Shown here piece after piece: positions 39,009 through 52,500 of a DNA stretch of 64,000 nt. Source of the stretch: Tubulanus polymorphus (lineage: Eukaryota; Animalia; Nemertea); assembly GCF_964204645.1 (NCBI RefSeq), contig NC_134028.1:26594345-26658344 (forward strand), given 5' to 3'. The position numbers were made by a program, and so were the translations under genes. The notes beneath the pieces were generated by a model. That model was not told the origin of the DNA and did no database searches. It was given only the letters and a program-made list of their open reading frames with translations. Position 1 is the first letter of the stretch. The number at the start of each line of letters is the position of its first letter.

Positions 39009-39691
39009 TTAAGATCGATGTGTGACTGTTTTCAGACCACCAGTGCTGCTACCTATAGATTATTTTAGCTCACACGGCTTCGCTTCTTAACACGTAATAT
39101 CCGGATAATTTAAAAAAGAGGTGCCTTTTCTGTAAATAAAAACAGAAGCGACAGATAAGTCCTTCTCGTTACCCTGAAATGACTTTAAAATGTCAGTATA
39201 ATATTCATCGGGTTGCATTTTTAAACAGTTTTCCCTTCCTTGTGTAGTTGAATTTATTTTGGGATTCCTGAGAAATTCTTATCTATATACGGCTTTATAT
39301 ATGTTTATTGTAATACATAATTCTGTTATTTCCTATATCTCAATGTAAGCATTCGGTGTATAAAACCTCAAAGAAAAGATGTGGCCCTTAGTATTCTAGT
39401 ACTTTATCGTTACCGGATACCATTTTCCTCAAACGGTATTCAACCGATAAAGTTTTAATCATCGATATGGCATCTAAACAGAAGTTGTCAACAAAAGCCT
39501 AGGTGATAATATTCATTTTCATTCTGATGATATGGGTTAATGCATAGAGCCATCTTTTCTCGAAAGGTCCGTTTAGGTTGAGGAGGGAGAGGGCTACACG
39601 TACAATATGAGTACACACCAAACTATCTGATTGTTAGCCAATTAGATCAAATCAATGCCGTTCAATAATAGATGGTTAATGACTCTTCACA

Positions 39692-40107
39692 CATAGGCGT
39701 CGCCGGGAATTCTTGCCGGGAATTTATAAAATGAATGTATGCACTGTGTATATGAAGGAATATGAGGCGGCCCCCCCCCCAGAATAATTTTGAAATTTCA
39801 GAAATGGCATCGGTGGATCAAGTGTTTGGGAAAGGGGGGGGGCGCACATGGAACATAGGGTCACTACGCGTTTGTGCCCGATAATGATGGCGCAGTCATC
39901 ATCTGCGAGCGCCAGAAGAGGGAGGGAGGGGGGTCTGAGATACCTCCGCCAGAATAAATTTAAAAATTAGATGAATTTTGGTGCATTCTGAGCATCCCAG
40001 GTCCACCACTGAATGGCCTTAGGGTTTTCCTTGTCACCTAAAAACGATTTTAGAATGTAGGGGCTCGTCCGTACTTTCCAAAACACCACCCCCTGGCGAC
40101 GCCTATG
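39692..40107. mobile_element. hAT-like MITE
   Basis: Perfect 13-bp TIR CATAGGCGTCGCC / GGCGACGCCTATG with internal poly-G/poly-C blocks. Confidence 0.7.
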
Positions 40108-40567
40108 GATAAAATAAATGAAAATTACAATATGAATAATCACTCGTTTCTTACATGATACAATGATTTCACGTGATATACTAATGTATCATTACCTGAT
40201 ATACAAAAACCTGAATTTCGATACCTAAAATCCAACTTAACGAACACGATAGAAAATAGCATTAAATATAAATAAAATAAGTTTGAACAATAATAGCGAA
40301 TGTTTAAGAGCTATTGAGATTAAAATTGGCGACGAAACTCGTTTTTGTTAAGTAAAAAGAATTCACGAATGAAGTAGAGATTTCGGGGTTCCCCATCAGT
40401 ATAACCCATAAATATGTATAACCGTCTTATTTTGACCCGTTTATTTTTTTGACTGTCCTGATTTTTTTTATTTGGATGAAATGACCGAGACAGGCTTTCA
40501 GACATCACCGTCAAACCACCAAATACTCGAGAGAAAGAGAAAAGGGAGAACACAATCTGTATCCGGT

Positions 40568-43500
40568 CTAATAGTCAGTTTGCGGACGATTTGCCAGCCA
40601 TTTCGCGATGCGAGGAAGGCCTTCGATCTTGTCTTTGAGCGCTCGTAATTTCGGATATTTGTCCAGCGCGTTCGGTACGAACAAACACAGCCAACTGCAA
40701 CAGTTTATGTATGATAGATCTGCCCACGTTAACTAAAACAGAAAAGAATAAATCATTACAATACGAAATGCTTTCCTTTTCCTTCTTGTATTCATCATTT
40801 TGTTTGAAGTCTCGGTGACATTTGAACGTGCACTTGAAACCCCCGAGCATCCTATTTAAACTAATCGATATCTTTTTTCTAGGTTTGCCCGTTTGATATC
40901 AATCATATATGTATCTATGGTAAGAAGCCAATTATCACAAACCGAAAAAAAAACAGCAACAACAACGAGTGAAACTTTGTCGGAAGGAGGTGAAAAAATA
41001 GCGCCTCCGATCTATTTCAGTTCGATTAAGTGCTAAAACACGGCGGGGTTTGTTTAAACCGCGTTGTACTGCGACTTGATTTCAATTTATTATCAGCATT
41101 CAACGCGTGGTGGTAGGTAAACAAGTTATAGAGCAACAAGCAGAATAGTGCTGGCCGGGCCGATCGGTGCATCTTCGCTCTCTCACTCTAATTATAAACA
41201 TCTATCTGCAGTAACTGACGAAGTACAGACGGGGCAGAAGTCCCACATTAACAAACAGTTTATGTAACAGAAGCCACGAACACGAAAGTCGGAACGGTTT
41301 AATTTTCAACGTTCTAGATGACCCTATCGCTCTATATTCCATTACAACAGTGCAGTCGGTACAGCAACGATATGTTTCAAGTTTTGAGTTATCAGTATAC
41401 TTTGCAATGAAGCCCTGTGTTACATACTATCTAAGTGACGTGCCTTCAGCAGTGAAACTCCAACGAATGACAATATCATTATTCAGAAACAGTAAGATAT
41501 GACGTCATTTATAGATGACCGATGAACATTTCAGTAAGATCACGTATGCAGACCTCACTCGACGTGTGAGCATATTTTTCCGTTTTTAGAAATGTGTTTG
41601 ATGATTCTTTATTTTCACGTCAAATGTGATTTAATAATTCGAAACATCAATTTATCGTCGCATTTCCCCACATTTTTGCGAGGCCGTTTTTCATTTTTTT
41701 ATCACTTCTTTAATCAGTCTTTTCGTCTGGTAGGTTTCTAGTACGTATGAATCGTCCGTTAGCCACGCACCTGTCAAAGCCTCGATAAGCATTTTACGGC
41801 GAGCCATCACTATGAGACGCCGTGAACTGATTAGTGTAAGGTCGCATGACACTTTCAAGATGTCAAAGATTACGACATCATATCATCGAATACGGTAAAA
41901 GTACCAAAACATCAAGTAGATAACACGTTATCGTCAGGAATATATTCATCCTACAACGATAATTACGCGAATATTAAAGGTGTCTTTGCAGCTTACACGC
42001 AACAGATCACTTTATCATACCAATTGTAATCTATTTAATCCGATCAATGTGATACGCGTTTGAGAAGATAGTTTTCTCCATGTTTTTGTTGTTGTGAAAC
42101 GATTGAGCATGTTTACGTGCGTGTAGCTATGATATCGACTTACATCGTCCCCTACTAGATACCCCATTAATTGAAATATATTTTTTTGCAGATACTAGAT
42201 TTCTGTAGGTACGGTTTAGCTGTATCTGTTTGAATTGCTCGATCGCGTTTGCTGCCTAAATACAAACACACACAAATAACTATAGATTAAAACTAATTAT
42301 GTAAAATTAAAAATTGGTTTTTAGTAGGAACTAGTTTCATATTTGGAGGTAATCGTGATGTTGGAGGGGTCTAAACTATCGTTTAGCAAAAAAACACACT
42401 GTATCTGAAAAGGAAGTATGTTATTCGAAGAAATTTCGCAGAGTGACTTTGAGTGAAGTTCGGCCCACAACCACGTCCCCAAAATTACGGTACATATTAC
42501 GGTCCAGTCTTAACGACACCAAACTAAAAACGTCCATATATTGTGAATCCTGGATTGTCTGGTGGAACGCGGCCTGAGTGTCGTTGATGACGAAATGCCC
42601 TTTTTATGAGTGACTGATTGAAACTGAAGATGCATTTTTCTCGTAGAAATAATACACTCGGAACAATCTGACTGTGTTTGATTATGAATGATGAGGTTAA
42701 CCACGAGGAAGAAGAGAGTTCGTTAGTTTGTTGTTAATCCTACGCGCTAGAATCGTAAGGATGAACAATTAGTGAAGAGTTCTGGCAGTAGCAGCGAGCT
42801 GATAGTTGTGTAGTTGTGCTGTAATTACCTCCAGTATCGGAATGCAGTTCGCGGGTTCACGCCGTACCTCTCAACTATTACTCTCCCAATGCGCCGAGTG
42901 CTGGCCCATTTTAAATCTACGAGGACATGTTTATATTAGGAATCAAAATAAAACAAAACATTTAAACCCGGTCGGTTTTTTGCCAGGCGTGAAATATTCT
43001 AGGGGTGTTATCAAAAGATTAGTCATAATAACATTTTATTCAGCGTGTAGGTGGGAACAGGAAAAACCGTGTCAAATCGATGTATCACACATGTTAAATT
43101 TTAAATCGAAAGAATTTTAATAACCGTAGACATTTAACGAGGCAATTTATTCCATTCATATGGCGTGAATTCAGTAACACAAACAGTTCTCGGAGAAAAA
43201 TGACTCCAGAGTTAAAACATTATAAAGGAACTAATTTTATCGCGAGTAAAACTTAACCTATAACCGTGGAACTGGTAAAACACGAACAACTAAAACAATA
43301 GGGTCAAAGTGAATGAGGAACTAGCATCCACAATTTAAACCCGTGCAAAAGGCGGAATATTTTGAATAATCATCAATCCTCTTGTTCTGATTTCACCGCT
43401 ATATAGGGGATGTAGCCCTATTTAAAAACCTAATCAGAGTTGATCGTATGTCATTCCATCCCGTGGATTCTGAATGTAGGATTCGGCTGGGGAATGGGTT

Positions 43501-46500
43501 TAAGGAGGGATCGTCGGAGAAAATGACAAAAGGTCCATTTCACGGAGCGCATTTTAGAACCGTCCCAGTTTTGTAAGAGCTGATTTAGTTTATTCGAGTC
43601 TTGTAATTTCGATGCAATCAGTCAAGTCCACGGAATGAGAGATCTCACGTTTTAGGAGCAAACATTTATTCAAACTGAATATGCATCATTTCGGACCCAG
43701 ATTTGTGCACAAATATTTATACACGATAACCTGAAATGTTTGAATTCTTTGCCGATAAATAAAATGCCAGCAGCAGCCGCCGCCACTGATTGCGCGCGCG
43801 AGAAAGAGGCCGGCGAAATTAGCCGGGACCATCTGAGTTCAAACTGACAAGAAACAATCGTGAAATTGTAAGTAATTAACCTGTCAATCATTAATCAATC
43901 AATTTGAATTTTTAACGGACATTTAGTCTATTATCTATAAATAAGTTCAGTAGCGGCGCGGCGGTACGTGTAAACTATAAAGCCTTCTCTGATCTGAAGC
44001 GCTTCTTCGAATTTTTATCGAGTCGAATATTTTTTAGCCCATCAATAACGCCGAGAGACTATAAACAAGTAGGTCTTGTCTTGAACGATGACGTCAGCAG
44101 TTCATATCCCACCCGGGTTGCCGACATTCGGGGGTAAGTTTGATAAAGCTCGGGTGGGCTGAGAAGAGTAGAGGGCATGTACTGAGTTTGACGACTTTTT
44201 ATTAAACTCACTCTTTTTTCGTTGTTTTCCTCTGAATATATTATCTGTATAGGTTTCATCATATCTTCTAGTGTGTCGACTAACGCGTCCACTTGCGCGG
44301 CTTCAATTCTGTTTCTACCGGACAGTCCTGAAACATAACCTAACACCAATTAACCCTGCGCGTACAATCAGCCGACCGCTGGAGTGTAGATGAATTGGTA
44401 TCCGTATTCCGAGACTAGTTTATTTGCAATCTACACTAAACTGAGTTTCGAGGCTCCCGAACCCAAATATCACGAAACCAGTCACAAATAGCTACGATAT
44501 TGCCCGTACTAGAAGATGTTTGGTGAGTTTTTCCCTGAAAATGGTTTAAGCCAAAGAAAAAATTGAAATTAAAATTGAAGGACAGTTACTAAGCAACTAC
44601 TAGTGCCACCTGGTGAAATTGGTGGTTTTGCATAATTACCGTGTTCAGTGGCTATGAATCTCGCTATTGCGTACGTCTGATTAATTTGTTTGCCATCAAC
44701 CTCTAAGATCGGTACCTGTCCAAAATGCAACGCTGCAATTGATAAGAAAAAAAAACGAACGGTCAGTAATTCGTATCAGACTCGTGATTAAGCCATTCAT
44801 TTAAATATGCAGGTTTGATAAAGGTTGTAGTCGTCGCAATATTCCAAGGTCGAGTTGTCGGTTACGATGCCGTACATTGTCTTTTCGTACGTAATTTTAT
44901 CGACAATAATGGTAACGTGGTTACGTGATCACGTGGTTTACTCGCGGGGCGGAAGGCGTGGATGTTGGAGAGTTGAACTCCACCAGCGCCGCCGGTAAAA
45001 TCAACCTCTTACATACAACGGCATAATCTAATACAGATATATATTATCGTGGAGTAAAATAAAACACTCCCTATCGATACTTAATCACGGAGTAGCATTC
45101 CTACCTTAGGATTCGATACAAATTCAAAAGCATCTAAATCTCGGGACCCAGTTGCACAATATAGGTTTGACTCGAAGCCGCACCTAATTCGAACAAAATT
45201 GGACCAGCGAAATTGGTCTGAGGTCAGCGAAGTTTGAGATGAGCACAGGGAAATATAGATAGACAAGTCAGAGAAAATAATTTAATTTTTGTCTGATTTA
45301 GTCGAAATTCCCAGTGGGCAAATCCGACCGAAAATGAATAACAAACGTTACTGAAAATGAACTAATTCTAACTCAGAACTGTGACTGTGGTACTGGATGC
45401 AATGAGCGCAAACCATGGTTTCTTCGATTTTATTATTGATACGTAAGTTGTAGCACTTTGACAACCTGGGGAGAGAGTCACTGTCGTCACCGCCGCCTGG
45501 AGCACTAATTATCGCCGCCTGGAGCACTAATTACGTGCCGTCGACTTAAGATATCCACAGTGATTTCCCATTAGTTGAATAGACAACGTCACTTTATCAG
45601 TTTAGCATCAAACACGGTAAATATTGAACTAAATGTCAAGCGGTGACGACAGAAGTACGTTGTGTGCGTGCGCGTGCTATCTGCCGAGGTGACAGAGACC
45701 TTGGTAAAATTGACGGTGTCTTGTGCACCGAAAAACATCGTCAAAAACATCTTTTGACCGACTATCATTCATTTGAAGAGAGACCCACAATGATGAAGAA
45801 CAGCTGAAGGAGCATCTGACACTTCGACGAATCAATTCTATGAGCAAATTTCAAAACCAATTTCTATCAGTTTTAAAAATAGCGCAGGACCCTACTCGAT
45901 GTGGGGCTGGGAAACGGGCTGTAAAGATGATATTTCTCATGTCGAATCATCGGCTGTACATCCAAGGGTTCAGTTTTACAATCAGGGTTATCTAGTGATG
46001 TAACCACAAGATAACCCTGATTGTATTGAAGCCTATCTAAAAACAATGAGGGACCAGTTTTAAGGGATTTAAGAGCACTCTCTGACCTAGGTCAAGATTG
46101 TGCAACTGGGCCAGAGAGAGCCAAACAGTTTCATTATATACTCATAATACAACAACAACAACAATGAAACTATAAGTCGTTCTGTGAAACGGGCCTATAG
46201 GTATCCCCCCATTCTAGCCCAGTACGGAGGTTGTTACCCTTGATTATCATTTAATAAGCTCTTTCGTTGCCGACTCGTGATAATTTCTAAGTCAACCGTT
46301 TTCTATATTCGTGTTTTGTTATTAATCAGTTATGAACACATATCAGGCGCACTACGCGTTCATTTGTCGGTCGCGATTTACAGCGATATTCGTAACGGGA
46401 TCAAAGATCACCTGGTGCGAACTGTTGTATAATTATCGTATTCTTCCGCATTCCGATCTCGATTAAAACCGCGGCCAATAATAATTACCAGGTGCGTAAA

Positions 46501-49500
46501 AAGCTAATCAAATATAGAAAAAAAAACAGCGTAAAATACAGCATGAGGGAGAGAGAGAAAGAGAGAGAAAGAGTGATACACGAAGCAGATTAGTCTTTCA
46601 TATGTATAATGGATAAAAAACCTGATTCCAGGAAAAGCGTATTTTCGTAATTACGCGGTTCACGAGTATAGAATAACTTAACAGATATCGCCGTGGTGGT
46701 TTATAATTAATATGTAAAAAGGTGAAGAATTTTAAAAGTGAAATACTTCGCGGCGCGAGTTTTCTTGTGGGAGGCGGTAAGGCGCTGTACTGTCGCCTCC
46801 GCGTTAGATATTTACCTCGGTAGAATTATGTGTAATGAAATTAAAACGAATACAGATATCAGTCGGGTCCGGTTTCACGAAACATTGAAATTTAGAAAGT
46901 ATTCTAGGATTCAATTCTTTTTTTGACGCCGTAAAAACCTTTACAATAAGGTTTATATACATTGATACCGAGTATGTGAGTTCTGTGTGATTCCTAGCGC
47001 ACTACGTCATCAATATTGGCGTTTCAAAATAACAACTTTTATAATTGTTAATCTAGGTGTTTATTTTGTGATAAATCATAACTCATTTAATTTTTGAAGA
47101 TTTTTAATAGCTTTTTTTGAGAGGATGCACTACTTTGTCAATATATATCGGGGCTGAACTGGCTAGAGTATTTTAGTGTTTGTTTTATATCATCTATTGT
47201 CGACAATGTGTTATTTTTCAAGGCGTCAATAAACTTCAAAACCTTAGTTTTCTTGTCGTAAATGCGGACTCAACATTTGTCGATAAAGATTGACTTTGAG
47301 ATTCATTTCCGATTATAACTATTAGTACAAAAATCGTCAAAACACCTTGTAATACAGGAACGGACGAGGATTCCGGAATACTGGACGATAAAACATTCCA
47401 GTAGTGAACTTCTGCAAGCTGTGAAATGATATTTTTAGTCAAACATGTTGAATATTCCAATGCCAAATATTCACTGATAACAGTAGAATTTTGGTCCTAT
47501 TTCCTGGGATATTAGAAAAATAAAAAAGGCACGATAAAAGCAGTACTTTTCGTGCGACTATTCAGTCGTATCAATCGAATGTTTCTATGATTGTGTAAAC
47601 CGATCTATCGAAGGACAGAATACAAATCATATTATGCGTATCAGATGTTTTTACGTGTTGATTACAGCTGGTAGCTATAGCTAGTACAAACCCGTGTCGA
47701 ATATAACGCATTTGCACTTAATATATTCAATAAATTATCCGTTATGATTAAGCTGTCATTAACTGCTGCTAAGCCATTTTTAGGAGACGTGACAATACTC
47801 GACAACGTCCCCGCAGAACCGTTGTTTACAAACAGGCATAATCAACGACACTTGTTGATAGGCCTCTAAAGTCAACGATGTCCTTCACGATACGGAAAAC
47901 ACGACCATAAACATGGACAGTGGTTTTATCACTTGACTATGACAGCTCCGCTTGTTTGTGTCCGCTGGGTCACTAAATACTGATTTGCACTGGATCAACT
48001 TGCTGACAGAGCAAATCGACTTGGAGGACACGACCACCCCACGGAGTTAATCGTCAGTCACTCATCCAGTCACAATACTCTACTTCTGAACAATACTTCA
48101 GTACCAAGTACTCCGTGAACCTTTCTACCGCAAAGGTAAAATCAGTACGAGATGAATAGAATTATTAGTTTTGAACTAATGATATATTATCAAGCAACGT
48201 ATTTATCGAAATCGCATTGGTGTCAGTTACATCTTATAACCAGGGGCTGCTGTTGTAGGAGGTAGTTCCTGGAATTGCCTCATTGTCGCCCGTATAGACA
48301 ACCATGCAGCGTTTAAGCTAGCAACAGCAAATGAATTTCGTATTACGAATATGATCAAATAATATCTTTTTGATGCCGTAAAAATCGTTTCAACTATATT
48401 CATCCTAGTATACGTTATTTAAGGGGTTCCGTGTGAGTCGATGTGCACTACGTCGTCAATATTGGTATCTCAAAATAGCATTTAAAATTATAAATTTTGG
48501 CGTTCATTTTGTAATCAAATTTCATAACTCTTTATTTATTTCTAATGAATTTTGATAATTATTTTTGAGAGGATGTGCACAACGTCATCAGTAGAAAGAA
48601 GACCGTCACGCGGACATTTTTTACGTGTTTTTTTTCAAATTTAAGTATGTTCTATGTAGTTTACAGTTCTTCTAATTTCACAAGTTTAGATTTGTATAAT
48701 TCCACTTGCAGATGTTCAGTTGAGCTGCGCGTTGCAATCCATTTCACATTTTTTTCCATCTATATTCGCGATACAAGATACAAATATACAAAACTCCTGA
48801 CATCGATAAAATGTGTCAGCGCTTCCTGATTGCATCAATAATTGTGAAAGACAATTAGATTAGTTTTTTTTCTGGAAAGGTCATTAGACAACCTCAAGGT
48901 CAAAACTACACAATGTATATCAATGAATATTCCGTTGAGAGTAAGTATTAATTTAGAACTGGCTTTAATAGTTTATTTATTTGACCCCGGTTGATCAAGC
49001 ACTTGTTGAATATAAAAATTCCATTGAAGCTTCACTGATTCTATTGTTATATGGAAACGTGGGTGGGATACTAGACACGTGGTTACTATTATACATAGAA
49101 GACCCAAAGACCCGAATAAACACGGGAAAGTGGCCGAAAAAATTTGATTCAACCTATTACAAACATCATGCTTCATTCTTTGAGTTTCTTTGTAGAGTCT
49201 TGATATGAAAAACGCAATTGTGATAGCCTGGAAATATCGGAATCGGATACTGATACATTCAGCTTATACTTAGTTATCATTGAATTGAAACCAAGTTCTG
49301 TAGCCATTTAGATCGGTAAAACATGAACTATTTAGAATATTGTGAAATAAAAGGGCGAGTCTAATATTTTGGTACCCAGCACCAAGTCTAGTCAAAATCA
49401 AATCTTAGTACTCTCGGAATGCTATCATTTAGATTACCCCCATTTCAGAACTGATACCGGGCAAGAACTTTCTCCTAAAATGTGACCTAATACTGTCTGA

Positions 49501-52500
49501 TTATAGTTTTGGATCCGTATGATGAGTGGCATCTAAAATTCCCCTATATTTCTAATGAGGTCGAGTTGTACCTTTTTCACCGGTCGGTCAACGATATTCC
49601 ACAACACGGACCTGATCATCGACGGTTTTATGACTTACTTGGTTTAATCGCCGGCCATTCTTCTTTCTCGAATCGGAAATCCTCGTAGTCAACGTCTGCG
49701 GCGGCGAATATCAGCCTCGCCAATTCTGCTCTTCCTCGTGCGTTGAAATATAACAGACGGTATTTGGTTGGCATCTTACGATGTTTCTGCCTAGTACAAA
49801 AAAATATGATAAAACACGATATGATAATGATATGAAAGTGGTATCTACGGCGCGGTATAGTAGTGACCTTTCTCTGAAGTCGGGGTCTGATTATTAACGG
49901 GTTCTATGTGACAGTTGAGATTAATCTTGATCGCGAGGTTAGCGAACCTACAATATGGAACTGTCGGATTAAATCCCAAATCTGAATACATTGTTCGAGG
50001 CTCATCTCTCATCCGAGTGTTTGGAGCAAACGTTCGTCTCAACACGAGCAGAGAACGCGGATGGTGTAGAAGGAACCCCTGAGGATTTTGTGGCGGGTGA
50101 AATGGAGGCCATTTATACAAAATATGCGGTTATAGCTGGAAACATGCAGACAATTCCGGGGAACGTTACAGAAATATGAGAAAAGTGCGAAGTGGTCAGA
50201 ATACTTTCGTTGGTGGAGGGAAGCGTGCACGATGACCTTCTGCGTCTTTAAAAGTGCAACAATTTTAACCAACTCGTTGTTCTACAACTTAAAACACATA
50301 TCTGAAATATTTGTGCGAACTATTTTTATATTTTCTCACCGCGGGGGCAACAACTGGATCAAGAACGAGTAACGAATATCTTATCTCAAATATTACCCCA
50401 CGACTATCAATTGTTTGTTTTTACTCCGCTTGTTGCGCAGAAAATTCGACGAGAAATGAAAAATTCCTCGCCTTCGAAGCGCCGCGGATCATGAACACTT
50501 CCAGGAATTGAAGGTACCCCCGCTGGCCGAGAAAAACAAAAAACGGAGATTTTCGGCATATCCCTTTTTTTCTCTACGTTTTCTTTGCGACGTAATTCAA
50601 CTATTTCAAAAAATCTCTTCTTCGCATTTCTATTTATAGAAAAACCGCCGAGGAAATGAATGAGTCGTTTACGTCAATTCACAGCAAAACGCAATTAAAT
50701 CTAAAGTTTTCTTTTATTGCTGCTCAAACGTTAAAAGCGGGAAACGGCCGTCACTGTAAAGACGTTGGGCAGGAAATGCGCTGTAAGAAGTAATTTATGA
50801 CCAGTAAAGAGAGTGCCCTATCAGCAGCGCAGCCTGTCAGAATGTTGACGTCATGACTTCCGTTTTAAGTAGTATGCACACCTCCTCGTCTGGGGCAGAA
50901 ATTATTTTTAACTAAAAACCGCATTTTATTAGTTTTAGCGTGAAGTAAAACAGTTTAGAAAAAAAAACCGAATTGTATTAGTTTTAGTTCGAAATAAAAA
51001 AGTAAAACAAGAAAATCAGCTGAATCAATAGTTTATTTTCTTTTATATCTTGAATTTAGTTAAATTGATTTGATTAGAACTAATGCTCATTGGTCGTGCC
51101 TTAACGGTGCTACCGGGAGTGAAACCTCGTGTCACATTTTGAAATCGGATCGTCGAATTCACATCGTTTAAATTTAAATCGAATCTTAGGCGAAGAAAAT
51201 TGATACCTTGTTTCTCCGGTCCGCTGAGTTTAAAGTTGACCCAGCCGCCTATCTGCCCTGTACATTATTTAAAAAAATCATGATTAATTCAACAATAACC
51301 GACCCGGCAGTTATAGAAATGAGCTGATTACGAATTATTATAGTTTACAAAAGTGACCCGGTCAAATGGAAGAAACAAGATATCATTTCATTTTAGTGTT
51401 ATCAGATCGAGCGTGAAAAACATTGACCCTTTGTATTCTAAGTCTTTTTTTAAACGCCTGATGGCTTCCACGCGCGCGATGTCGACGCTCGAAGTATAAA
51501 GAATATATAGATATGATACGAGGTGTTCAAGGTGATGTTATTCTTATAAACTGTCGGAATGAATACACGCAGAACATCACAATTCAAGCGAAAAAAAAAC
51601 ACCATCGCCCACCACCATTAGCATCATCCACAATACAATAATGCTGCATATTTCATTCGTCGACTGAATGTCAAGGTCAATGAATTCCTCTCGTTCACTG
51701 CCTCATCTCTCTTTCTCGTATATTTAGCTCTTTTCTTCCTCTCGCATTTTGATCAAGAGTCTCTTAAACTGCTCCTTTACTTATGGCCCTTGCGGAAATA
51801 GTCAAGGAATACGCGGCAATCTATTAACAGACGTCATCTGTGTCAAGTACAACCATTAAATGTATAATTTCTAAGAATCGTTCTCCGTATCTGAACGGCA
51901 TCAATATCATATCCAGCAAAAATAAATCGAGGACTTCGCTTCTTACTCAATAAACCATTTAAGCCTATAGCGGCCTTTCTCGAACCTAATAGCCCGTTAG
52001 CAGATTGGGTATTTTGGGAATTCGTACAATATCGATCTCGTGATCCGGATGTTACTAGACGAATTATCAGAATTATCATTCGCTAGTGATAATAACCACG
52101 CGCGGTGAAATGACCAACACTAATTCACAGTAATCGCTCGTCCAATTAGAGTAACGAGCCAATTACATCTGCGTTACATAGGGTCAAACCTGTCAAATTG
52201 CGAGCTGCCAGTCACGACAGCTTCACATTGTAATTTCAGTAATTCTTATTAGACGATTCTCATTAGTTTTAGGTGACGATGTTCTAGTTTAACATCGCCC
52301 CGCAATATAAACGAAAAAATAATATGAAGTCCGGAAAATGTTACATCGAGCTAGTGGTAGTTTATCTAACGTTTCGATTATATTCTAATAGTCATCTTCA
52401 GGAATACAACAGAAATTGTGAAATATATATGAACACAATCCAGAACAAAGAGACTTTAAATAAGTTTTTCGTTATAATTGTGGGATTTTCTACACATTAC

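Noticed and set aside
42144-42255. Programmed ribosomal frameshifting or RNA editing to rescue the GST exon
   Set aside because: Would need at least two separate shifts. No slippery heptamer with a downstream structure is evident at the first shift. Mutation or assembly error is simpler.
43731-44058. Candidate alternative GST exons (FELRWSRL..., SLGVIDGLKN...) that might replace the broken exon
   Set aside because: No GST helix-5 similarity, weak or absent donors, and the 113-nt candidate does not restore the frame. Cannot be supported without transcripts.
47975-48140. Possible plus-strand (antisense) exon in a GST intron, ending AAG|GTAAAA
   Set aside because: No ORF and no convincing downstream exon. 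A single donor-like site is expected by chance.
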